A stretch of DNA of 22,782 bases from Chiloscyllium plagiosum. Lineage: Eukaryota. The notes below the pieces were generated by a model. The model worked only from the letters and a program-made list of their open reading frames with translations. It was not told where the DNA came from and searched no databases. Of this stretch, positions 13,012 to 22,304 are shown one piece after another (within the stretch, counting starts at the first letter, position 1; each line of letters starts with the position of its first letter). The position numbers were made by a program, and so were the translations under genes. The stretch covers positions 12,364,833 through 12,387,614 of the forward strand of contig NC_057749.1 in the NCBI RefSeq assembly GCF_004010195.1. Reading direction: 5' to 3'.

Positions 13012-13980
13012 AACAATATAGCATATTACATCACAGTACAGGCCTTTTATGGAATAGCTCGGCTAATAAAGCAAGTTAGACTGATAGAACGTACAGCATT
13101 ACAGCGCAGTACCGGCCCTTTATGGTACCATTCGGCTCACACCAGACTTTAGACCAATACAACATAGCACATTACAGCACAGTACAGGCCCTTGATGTAA
13201 CTGCTCGGCTAATAAAGGAAGTTAGAGTCATAGAACATGGAGCATTACAGCACAGTACAGGCTCTTTATGCAACCACTTGGCTAATACCGGAAGTTTGAC
13301 AAATAGAATATAGAACATTACTGCGCAGTACAGGCCCTTTATGCAACCGCTCGGCTGATAATTGACAGGAGACTAATACAACATAGAACATCACAGCTCC
13401 GAACAGGACCATTATGGAACTGCTCGGCTGTTAAAGGAAGTTAGACGAATTCAAAATAGAATATCACAATGCAGTAGAGGCCCTTTATGGAAACACTCGG
13501 CTCAAAGGAAGTTCGCCTCAGAGAACACAGAACATTACAGAGCTATACAGGCCATTTATGGAACTGATTGGTTATTAATGGACATTAGACTAATATGACA
13601 TCGAACATTGCAGCGCAGTATAGGCCATTTATAGAACCGCTTGCTTGATAATGGAAGTAGGACTCATAGAATGTGGAGCATTACAGTGCAGTACAGGCTC
13701 TTTTGTGGAACTGCTTGGCTAATGAATGAACTCAGGCTAATACAACATAGGACATCACAACGCAGTACAGGCTTTTTCTGGAAAAGCTTGGCCAATAATG
13801 GAAGTAAGACTCATAGAACATAGAACATTACAGCACAATACAGATCCTTTATGAGACCACTCGGCTGATAATGCACACTAGACTAATACAACTTAGTACA
13901 TTACAGAGCAGGACAGGCCCTTTATGCAACTGCTTGGCTGTTAAAGGAAGGTAGAATGATACAAAATGGAACATTACAGC
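13012..13980. repeat. 73-bp satellite array, second segment (~13 monomers)
   Basis: Same monomer and orientation as 1-11504. Confidence 0.96.
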
Positions 13981-15579
13981 AACCTCCCCACGCACTAACA
14001 ATGCCAACTCCCTGAACACCAACTTCCCCAATTACAAACAATGCTCACTCCTAGTACACCATCCTCCCCAACCACTAACAATGCCAACTCCCTTTACACC
14101 AGCGCCCACAGTCATGAACCATGCTAACTCCCTGTACACCATCCTCCCCAATCACTGACAATGCTAACCCGCTGTACACTAACCTCCCCAGTTACTAACA
14201 ATGCCAACTACTTGTACACAAGCCTCCCCAATCAATAACAATGCTAACTCCCTGTACACAAGCCTCCTCAATCAATAACAATGCTAACTCTTTGTACAAC
14301 AGCCTCCCCAATCACTAACAATGCTAACTCCCAGTACACCATCCTCCCCAATCAATAACAATGCTAACTCCCTGTACACAAGCCTCCTCAATCAATAACA
14401 ATGCTAACTCTTTGTACACCAGCCTCTCCAATCACTAACAATGCTAACTCCCAGTACACCATCCTCCCCAATCAATAACAATGCTAACTCCCTGTACACC
14501 AGCCTCCCCAATCACTAACAATGCGAACTGCCTGTACACCTGCGTCCACGGTCACTAACCAAGCTAACCCACTGTACACCAGCCTCCCCAATCACGAACA
14601 ATGATAACTCCTTGTCCACCAGCCTCCCCAATCACTAACAATGCCAACTCCCTGTACACCAGCCTCCCCAATCACTAAGAATGCTAACTCACTGTACGCC
14701 AGCCTTCTCATTCAAATAGATTGCTAACTCCCTGTACGCCAGTCTCACTAATCACTAACAATGCCAATTCCCTGTACACCAGCCTCCACGATCAGGAACA
14801 ATGCGAACTCCCTGTACACCATCCTCTCCAATCACGAACATTGCTAACTCCCTGTCAAACAGCCTCCCCAATCACGAACAATGCTAACTCCCTGTACACC
14901 ACCCCTCCCAATCACTGACAATTCGTTCTCTCTGCACACCATCCTCCGCAATCACTAACAATGCTAACCCCCTGTACACCATTCTCCACAGTCACTAACA
15001 ATGCTAACTCCCGGTACACCAGCCTCCTCAATCAATAACGATGCTAACACCCTGTACACCTGCCTCCCCAATCAATAATAATGCTAACTCTCTGTTCAAC
15101 AGCGTCCCCAATCACTAACAATGCTAACTCGCTGTACACCACCCTTCCCAATCACTAACAATTCGAACTCTCTGTACACCACACTCCCCACTCACTAACA
15201 ATGCTAACTCCCTGTACACCAGCGTCCACGGTCACTAACCAAGCTAACCCACTGTACACCATCCTCCCCAATCACTAACAATGCTAACCCCCTGTACACG
15301 AGCCTCCCCAATCACTAACAATGCTAACTCCTTGTACACCACCCTCCCAAATCACTAACAATTCGAACTCTATGTACACCACACTCCCCACTCACTAAAA
15401 ATGCTAACTCCTTGTACACCAGCTTCCACGGTCACTAACCAAGCTAACCCACTCTACACCATCCTCCCCAATCACTAACAATTCTAACTCCCTGCACACC
15501 AGCCTCCCCAATCACTAACAATGCTAGCTCCATATACACCAGCCTCCCCAATCACTAACAATGCCAGCTCCCTGTACAC
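13981..15579. repeat. 40-bp C/A-rich tandem satellite (~40 copies), truncated by gap
   Basis: Unit AGCCTCCCCAATCACTAACAATGCTAACTCCCTGTACACC stays in register from 13981 to 15541 (39 x 40 bp). Confidence 0.97.
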
Positions 15580-16079
15580 NNNNNNNNNNNNNNNNNNNNN
15601 NNNNNNNNNNNNNNNNNNNNNNNNNNNNNNNNNNNNNNNNNNNNNNNNNNNNNNNNNNNNNNNNNNNNNNNNNNNNNNNNNNNNNNNNNNNNNNNNNNNN
15701 NNNNNNNNNNNNNNNNNNNNNNNNNNNNNNNNNNNNNNNNNNNNNNNNNNNNNNNNNNNNNNNNNNNNNNNNNNNNNNNNNNNNNNNNNNNNNNNNNNNN
15801 NNNNNNNNNNNNNNNNNNNNNNNNNNNNNNNNNNNNNNNNNNNNNNNNNNNNNNNNNNNNNNNNNNNNNNNNNNNNNNNNNNNNNNNNNNNNNNNNNNNN
15901 NNNNNNNNNNNNNNNNNNNNNNNNNNNNNNNNNNNNNNNNNNNNNNNNNNNNNNNNNNNNNNNNNNNNNNNNNNNNNNNNNNNNNNNNNNNNNNNNNNNN
16001 NNNNNNNNNNNNNNNNNNNNNNNNNNNNNNNNNNNNNNNNNNNNNNNNNNNNNNNNNNNNNNNNNNNNNNNNNNNNNNN
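15580..16079. other. Assembly gap of exactly 500 N
   Basis: Run of N. The round length suggests a placeholder scaffolding gap of unknown true size. Confidence 0.99.
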
Positions 16080-16633
16080 AACCGCTTAACATATGTTCTT
16101 AATAACTTAGGTGGCAATAAAATGGCTTCTTGATGCAAATAATATGACAAAATGGCTTCAAGGCTGCAAATTGACAATTCTGCTTTTGCTGCATATTTGA
16201 CTAACCACAGTCTTCTTCAATAGAGATTAACAGTCAATGCTCCCTTTACAGCATAGAAATAACTAGACATGACATTACTGGCCATCCTAACCTACCTTCA
16301 GATGCAGGTGCAAAGGCCCGGTTAGTGAGGTAAGGGTGGCCTGAGTGTTGGAAAACAGGTTGGTTCCCAGGCAATATCATTGGACCAAATAACTGTCAAA
16401 TAAAGCAACATCGTGTATTGATTGGTAATTGTCCGAATGTACTATGTGATCATAGCCTGTACCTTTTTAAGAAAAGTATAAAAATGTCTGTTTTAAACCA
16501 TTTGCACAGCTCCTTTGAGGAACACAGAACGGTGTAACCTCTGTGTTTCCAGATGCTCTGTACCCAGCTGTATGAAGAAATAAAAAAGGAAGTCTTAAAG
16601 AACAACCAATTGTGAGTGCTTATTGAACGATCA
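16080..16633 (+). mobile_element. Possible LTR (U3-R-U5-like layout), 5' end lost in gap
   Basis: Two ~30-bp repeats AAAATGGCTTC...TGCAAAT (16119, 16149), ATTGG at 16421, TATAAAA at 16477, a hairpin at 16519-16550, AATAAA at 16579, ending in ...TCA at 16633. Motif order only; no family recognised. Confidence 0.35.
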
Positions 16634-16825
16634 TGGAACAGAGAGACCCCCGCCCCCTACCCCACCCCAGGGATCCAGATCTTCAAAGTGAGACACATAT
16701 GAACAAAGGATTCAGTTGTGAACTTCAAATCAATCAATCTGCAGACTTGCTAAATAAACAGCATTTTGGCTGGCATATTTACAACAATATAAATTTAGGG
16801 GCAAGTGGTCAGAAGCAGACGTTTT

Positions 16826-16930
16826 CAGGGGGAATAAATGTAAACATCATCCTGATGGTCATCTTTGTGTGCGGCTTTATCTAGCTGTGTGTAAGTCCAC
16901 ACTGTGTAAATACCAAGTGTCATTCCATAC
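16826..16930 (+). mobile_element. Short, old Tx1-like LINE ORF2 fragment
   Basis: CCTGATGGTCATCTTTGTGTGCGGCTTTATCTAGCTGTGTG...ACCAAGTGTCA aligns to 20522-20593 (CCTGATGGCCACCTTTGTGTGTGGCTGCATCAAGCTGTGCG...ACCAAGTGTCA). Confidence 0.75.
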
Positions 16931-16940
16931 TATGGTTCTA

Positions 16941-17090
16941 TAACAAAAATAAAATACTGTGGATGCTGTGGAGAAATTCAGCAGGTTTGGCAGCATCTGT
17001 GGAGTTGGGGGAAAGAGTTAATCTTTTGAGTCGAGTATGACATCTTCAGAACAGTTCTGAGGATGTGTCATACTAGACTCAAAATGTTAA
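16941..17090. mobile_element. Penelope-like remnant with head-to-head inverted termini and decayed hammerhead-like motif
   Basis: Imperfect palindrome 17018-17090 centred on 17053. The arms read CTGAGGA/CTGAAGA...GACTCAAAA, interpreted as a decayed CUGANGA...GAAA. The lead-in TCAGCAGGTTTGGCAGCATCTGTGGAG resembles a common shark repeat (from recall). Confidence 0.55.
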
Positions 17091-17364
17091 TGCTGAAGTT
17101 CTACTTCTTAAGTGTTATGAAGAATGGATTAGGCCATGTTACCTCAATGTCCATTCAATTGGATCATACCATACAAACTGTCCTTTATGAAAAGGGTTAT
17201 GCAGGAAAACATCTTTAACCACAAATCTATCAATCAGGGATTAGTCCATATGTGATCTGCTTGAAGTCCGGCAGGGAAAGGAGAATATGGATCCTGTCAC
17301 ATGGTTCCCAAACGTATTGCCAAAGTCATTTTTCACAATGCTTCATTACCATAAAGTTTGTTCA

Positions 17365-17565
17365 AACTTTATTTTTATTTCAAAAATATACTTTATTAGT
17401 AAAACGTCTCTTTGTGTATGTACATTGATACAAAAACAGTACAGTTCTGTACAGCTGCATATCAAATAAACAAAACGTTGAACTTTGACTCTCTCTCTTA
17501 CACATTAATATTTACATATATTTGAGGCAGTAGGAGGATTCGATAACTGAATGGACCCCCATTTA
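17365..17565 (-). mobile_element. Tx1/L1-like LINE 3' UTR with polyA signal and A-rich tail
   Basis: Minus strand reads GGGGGTCCATTCAG...TGCCTCAAATATATG...AATAAAGTATATTTTTGAAATAAAAATAAA, resembling the start of the 3' UTR at 21363-21415 (GGGGGCCC...CGCCTCAGCTAAATATATAG). Confidence 0.6.
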
Positions 17566-18097
17566 CAAATTCTGAACAAACATCTAGACATAACCTGGCT
17601 GATGGTGAGAAACAATCCCTGCATCAGCCTGTGCATAGACCCGTGGTACACAAAAACCAAATGTCACTATGTACTGAGGTTCTACCTGTCCATGGTGTTG
17701 TAAAGGATAGGTCTGGCCTTGTTGTTGCGAAATGCACTGAGTAGTTGGACCGTTCCGTATCACCTGTCCTTCGTGCAAAAATTAGATAACATATACCTTT
17801 GCCCACAAGTCCATCAGGACGTGGTCAGCACTTAGTGTCCTCAAAATCCTGCAAGAAACAGAGAGGTTGGATCTTGTTGAGTTGTTCCCTGAGCAGACTG
17901 TTAAAGTAATTTGGCAGAATGCCTCATCGCTAGAAGTTTCAAGACATTGCTTGGCTGGTGGTGAGAAAGGCAATATCTCTTCACATATGCCTCGACTCTT
18001 TGCGTCACTGCATGCTGCTTTCGAAGCAGCTGTAGGTGGCTAGAGACTGTCACACATCTCCCTATGGAACATGCCATTGCAAAGGAAGTCTGGGCAT

Positions 18098-18252
18098 AAG
18101 TCACACGACATCAAGTTATAGTCCAACAGGTTTATTTAAAATCTTTTGGAGCCTGATGAAGGTCAGTGCTCTGAAAACTTCTGATTTCAAATAAACTTGT
18201 TGGGGTATAACCTTGTGAATTCTGACCCTGTCCATCACCAGCACCTCCACAT
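18098..18252. mobile_element. Short Penelope-like insertion with inverted termini, hammerhead core and 12-bp flanking direct repeat
   Basis: Left arm TTATAGTCCAACAGGTTTATTT is inverted relative to right arm AAATAAACTTGTTGGGGTATAA. CTGATGA at 18153, GAAA at 18173. CAAAGGAAGTCT at 18080-18091 and 18253-18264. Homologous to 22271-22390. Confidence 0.75.
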
Positions 18253-18269
18253 CAAAGGAAGTCTAGAGG

Positions 18270-18658
18270 CATAGAGATGTACAGCACAGAAACAGACCCT
18301 TTGGTCCAATTCAATGCCGACCAGATATCTTAATCTAATTTAGTCCCATTTGCCAACGCTTGCCTTTGGTTGGTCATTCCATACACACATCACCCTCTGC
18401 GTGAAAACGTTGCCCCTTTGGTCCGTTTTAAATTTTTCCCCCTCTCATCTTAAACCTATGCCTTCTAGTTCTAGACTCCCCCACCCCAGGGAAAAGATCT
18501 TGTCTACGTACCCTATTCATACTCTTCATAATTTTTTAAACCTCTATAAGGTGACTCCGATGCTCCAGGGAAAACAGCCTCAGCCTATTCAGTTTCTCCC
18601 TATAGCTTAAATCCTCCAACCCTGGCAATATCCTTGTAAGTCTTTTCTGAACCCTTTT
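18270..18658 (-). mobile_element. CR1/HER1-type LINE 3' fragment (ORF2 C-terminus plus 3' UTR, internally deleted)
   Basis: Minus-strand translation from 18658 gives KRVQKRLTRILPGLEDLSYREKLNRLRLFSLEHR, a typical CR1 ORF2 C-terminal motif. It ends in GGACCAAAGGGTCTGTTTCTGTGCTGTACATCTCTATG. Confidence 0.9.
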
Positions 18659-19224
18659 GAAAGATGCAGTTGTTTTTGTTAAGGTTTGCCCCGATCAGCT
18701 CCATGACAAAGGACTCTATGGGTTTAACCCGAGGAGGCACACCAAGGCAGTGTGTCTGGAGGATCATCAACTCAGTGAAAGACCCTTTTTGGTCTGCCTG
18801 AAACTTATTGGTCTTCCAGAGCAAGGAGTTGACCTCAACCAAGTGTTCCATTCCCATCAATGTTGAGTTCACTGATGAAGTAACATCACAAACCCACGTA
18901 AACCAGATGCTTTCACAATAACCTTATAGTCAGCATCATTCCTGATTTGTCAGCTTTAGCATTTAGTAGTAACCCGGCAAGAGTCAGCTGTTTCAGAGGA
19001 ACAAAAGAGAAAATTATTTGAAACATGGACGTAGAAACCAGTTTGAAAGGAAAATGCTGGAACTCAAGGGAAGCTGCTGAACGTTTTGATTAGATGGGTT
19101 TTGTTTCAATATCCTTTTGTGATTTTTGTTGTTCCTGTCCTGTTAGAGCCAGCAATGGATGGTGTTGAATCATTCAGTTAAAAATCACACAACACCAGTT
19201 TATAGTCCAACAGGTTTATTTGGA

Positions 19225-19261
19225 AGCACTAGCTTTCAGAGTGCTGGTCCTTCATCAGGTA
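19225..19261 (-). ncRNA. Minimal hammerhead-ribozyme-like motif (degenerate stem II)
   Basis: Minus strand: TAC CTGATGA A GGACCAGCACTCT GAAA GC TA GTG. Confidence 0.5.
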
Positions 19262-19295
19262 GTTCTGAAGTAGGTTCATATCACACCGCAGGTGA

Positions 19296-19540
19296 CCCCA
19301 CTACACTATACACTCTCTCACATGCACTCACACACAAGCACACATACACACACTTACATACACACTCACACAGACCCCCTTTCATTCACATGGCCTCTCT
19401 CATACACATAAACATAGACATAGACACCCCACACCCAAGCAGATACCTTCTCACAGGCTTACACCCTATCATACGCACACAAACACACTCTCTCTCATGT
19501 GTACTCATATACACACACTTATCTGTCTTCTGCACACAAG
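19296..19540 (+). repeat. Degenerate (CA)n/(CT)n low-complexity tract
   Basis: CACACAAGCACACATACACACACTTACATACACACTCACACAG and similar runs. Confidence 0.85.
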
Positions 19541-19592
19541 TCTATGGGGTGAATTTGTACTTGCGGAATTATATTTGCAGATACATTCTGTT

Positions 19593-21339
19593 CTGGGGAC
19601 GGTGATTTACCCTGATCAAACTTGTGCTATACCGGGCAGAAAGATCGCTGAGAGTCTCGCACTCCTCAGGGATATGATGGCCTACGTGCAGGACAGAGGG
19701 TTAGACACCTGCCTCATCAGCCTGGACCAGGAGAAAGCCTTTGACAGGACATCACACAGATATATGAGATGTTCTCTCTAAAATGGGCTTTGGGGAGGGA
19801 ATCTGCAATTGGAACAGACTGCTCTACACCAACATTGTCAGTGCAGTCTCAATCAATGGGTGGGAATCAGATAGCTTCCCAGTCAGATCTGGAGTCAGGC
19901 AGGGTTGCCCTCTCTCTCCTGTCTTGTTTGTGTGCTGCAAGTCCATCATGAAGGATGCGAGCCTGAGAGGGGTGACTATTCTTGGCAGTGGAGGCCTGCA
20001 GGTTAAGGTCTCCCTGTACATGGATGACGTCGCCGTTTTCTGCTCGGACCCGCTGTCCGTGCACAGATTCACGTGATCATATGTGACCAGTTCGAACGGG
20101 CCTCAGGGGCCAAGGTAAACTGAGGCAAGATCGAGGCCATGCTCTTCGGGAACTGGGCCGACCAATCCTCGATCCCCTTCACCGTCAGGACCGACCACCT
20201 GAAGGTGCTGGGTATTTGGTTTGGGGGGGCTGGGCGTGCACAGTCTTGGGAGGAGTGTATCAGCAAAGTGAGGCAGAAACTGGGCAGATGGAAGCTACAG
20301 TCGCTCTCCATCGTGGGAAAAAACCTGGTCATCAGGTGTGAGGCACTGTCGTTGCTGTTATCCGTGGCACAGGTCTGGCCTATTCCCAGAACCTGTGCCG
20401 CTGCAGTTACCCGGGCCATCTTCCAATTTATATGGAGGTCAAAGATGGACCGGGTCCGAAGGGACTCGCTGTACAAAGATCTGGGCAACGGGGGAAAATA
20501 TACACCCAATGCCAGCCTCACCCTGATGGCCACCTTTGTGTGTGGCTGCATCAAGCTGTGCGTGGATCCCCGGTACGCAAACACCAAGTGTCACTACGTA
20601 CTGAGGTTCTACCTGTCCCCGGTGTTGCAAAGGATGGGCCTGGCCTCGCTGCTGCGGAACGCTCCGAGTAGTTGTGCTGTTACGTATCACCTGTCCTTCG
20701 TGGAGAAGTTTATGAAGAAAAACATTTTTGACCACAAGTCCGTCAGGAAGTGGTCAGCATGTAGTGTTCTTGAGACCTTTCGGGAAAAGGAGAGGGCGGA
20801 TCCTATCGAGAGGTGCCCTGAGCAGACTGTCAAAGCCATTTGGCAAAATGCCTCATCGCCAGAACATTCCAACAAGCACCAAGACATGGCTTGGCTGGTG
20901 GTGAGAAGGGCTCTGCCTGTGAGATTCTTTATGCACACCTGGACTCTCAGCCGCTCTGCATGCTGCCCTTGAAGCGGCTGCGGGGGGGAGCGAGACTGTC
21001 ACAACCTTCTTCTGGAATGTGCCTATGCAGAAGAAGTCTGGAGAGGAATGCAGTGGTGTTTGTCGAGGTTAGTCCCGGGCAGCCCCGTGACGCGGGACTC
21101 GGTGCTTTACGGTCTATTCTCTGGTACGTACACAGAGATGAACATCAACTGTGCCTGGAGGATCATCAACTTGGTGAAGGACGCTCTCTGGGCGGTCTGA
21201 AACCTGTTGATTTTCCAGCTGAAGGAGTTGACCCCGACTGAGTGTTGTAGACTGGCACATTCCAAGGTCCAGGACTACGTGTTGAGGGACGCGCTGAAAC
21301 TTAGGGCAACTGCCGCGGTGGGGAAAGACCACTGTGTAA
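19593..21339 (+). pseudogene. Disrupted ORF2 reverse transcriptase plus C-terminal Cys-rich region of Tx1-like LINE
   Basis: IYPDQTCAIPGRKI, LISLDQEKAFDR, GVRQGCPLSPVLF, YMDD, LKVLGIWFG, and a degenerate zinc knuckle at ~20965-21020. Frameshift near 19780, TGA stops at 20074, 20121 and 20970. Probable natural stop TAA at 21337-21339. Confidence 0.92.
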
Positions 21340-21499
21340 CATCTGCCTGTCTGAGAAGAACAGGGGGCCCCTCGCAGTCTTTTGGGCTTTGCTGACGCCT
21401 CAGCTAAATATATAGACTTATGACTGATAAACGTACAAACCTGTATATACAAATGATAAATTCTGATCTCTGTATGCAAAGAAATTGAATAAAAAAAAA
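19593..21499 (+). mobile_element. 5'-truncated Tx1-like (L1 superfamily) non-LTR retrotransposon with polyA tail and TSD
   Basis: RT motifs are present (see nested pseudogene). AATAAA at 21488 and A-run at 21491-21499. Direct repeat TTTGCAGATACATTCTGTT (19574-19592) / TTTGCAGCTACATTCTATT (21501-21519). Confidence 0.93.
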
Positions 21500-21676
21500 G
21501 TTTGCAGCTACATTCTATTTTGCTCAAAAAATACACAACCTGCACGCAGTCAAACTATGTAATATTTTGTAAATTTCACTTTGGAAATAGAACCAGTCTG
21601 AGTCTGACTAATTCAAGATTGGGATAGAGAGAGAGAGACAGTAACCTCTCACGTTTAATGCATTGTCTGAGCTGAG

Positions 21677-22059
21677 ATAGAATCGTAGAATCCCGACAAT
21701 GTGGAAACTGCCCCTTTGGCCCAACAAGTCCACATCAACCCTCCAAAGAGCAACCCATCCAGACCCATTCCTCTACCTTATTACTCTATATTTACCCCTG
21801 ATGAATGCACCTAACCTACACATGCCTGAACGCTAAGGGCAGTTTAGCAAGTCTAATTCACGACACCTGTACATCTTTGGATCGGGGGAGGAAACCGGAG
21901 AACCTGTAGAAAACCCCCACAGACGTGGGGAGAATGTGCAGATGTTACACAGTGGTCTTTCCCCACCGCGCCTTGACGGCAGCTGCCCCAGGGACGGCAG
22001 CTCGTCCCTCAGTTGCCCGAAGCTGGAATCGAACCCAGTGCTAACTACGGAGACTCCAT
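21677..22059 (-). mobile_element. HE1-type tRNA-derived V-SINE, with deletion in the tRNA head and a foreign insertion
   Basis: Minus strand has B-box GGGTTCGATTCC (22025-22036), the V-domain-like core CTCCGGTTTCCTCCCCCGATCCAAAGATGTACAGG, and a CR1-like tail GGGCCAAAGGGGCAGTTTCCACATTGTCGGGATTCTACGATTCTAT. Confidence 0.88.
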
Positions 22060-22269
22060 GATGTCACTTTTTAAAATATAAAACCTTAAGTTAACTTGAG
22101 AATGTGACTTAAAAGAAGTCTGTGATTTATATATTCATGAACCAAAAACTGTAACCCATTCGAAAAGATAAATGGCTTAACATCAATGGAGGATTGTTTA
22201 ATAAATCATCTGTTATATGACACTAATCTTTTGCTATAAATCCTATGTCTTATGGTCCTGCTCCACACC

Positions 22270-22304
22270 CACCTGATGAAGGAGCAGCGCTCTGAAAGCT
22301 ACAG
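22270..22304 (+). ncRNA. Minimal hammerhead-ribozyme-like motif
   Basis: CAC CTGATGA A GGAGC-AGC-GCTCT GAAA GC TA CAG. Core and stem II are intact; the 3' arm of stem I is CAG where the left copy has GTG. Confidence 0.55.

Larger units (their letters stand above)
17597..18848 (+). mobile_element. Older degenerate Tx1-like ORF2 fragment (C-terminal half), interrupted by Penelope-like and CR1 insertions
   Basis: 17620-18091 aligns to ~20546-21039 (e.g. GTACTGAGGTTCTACCTGTCC, CCTGAGCAGACTGT). 18659-18848 aligns to ~21042-21247 (GGAGGATCATCAACT, AAGGAGTTGACC). Confidence 0.88.

Noticed and set aside
65..14031. Many 60-96 aa ORFs in the 73-bp satellite
   Set aside because: They are translations of the repeat (recurring EHTALQRSTGPLW, LRCNVLC) with frequent stops and no coding signal.
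1..15579. CRISPR array or tandem tRNA genes
   Set aside because: There are no unique spacers or cas genes and the context is eukaryotic. The 73-mer shows no cloverleaf or B-box by eye.
14721..16177. ORFs in the 40-bp repeat and across the N run
   Set aside because: Artefacts of the repeat and of the gap.
16634..16651. Primer-binding site after the putative LTR (TGGAACAGAG...)
   Set aside because: Only TGG fits; no convincing complementarity to a tRNA 3' end that I can recall.
18872..18900. CTGATGAAG as another hammerhead
   Set aside because: No stem II or downstream GAAA.
19159..19605. 148-aa His/Thr-rich ORF
   Set aside because: Translation of a CA-rich tract within a repeat.
19824..21545. 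Antisense and alternative-frame ORFs over the LINE, or an active retrotransposon
   Set aside because: These are shadows of ORF2. The element lacks ORF1 and the endonuclease and has several stops and frameshifts.
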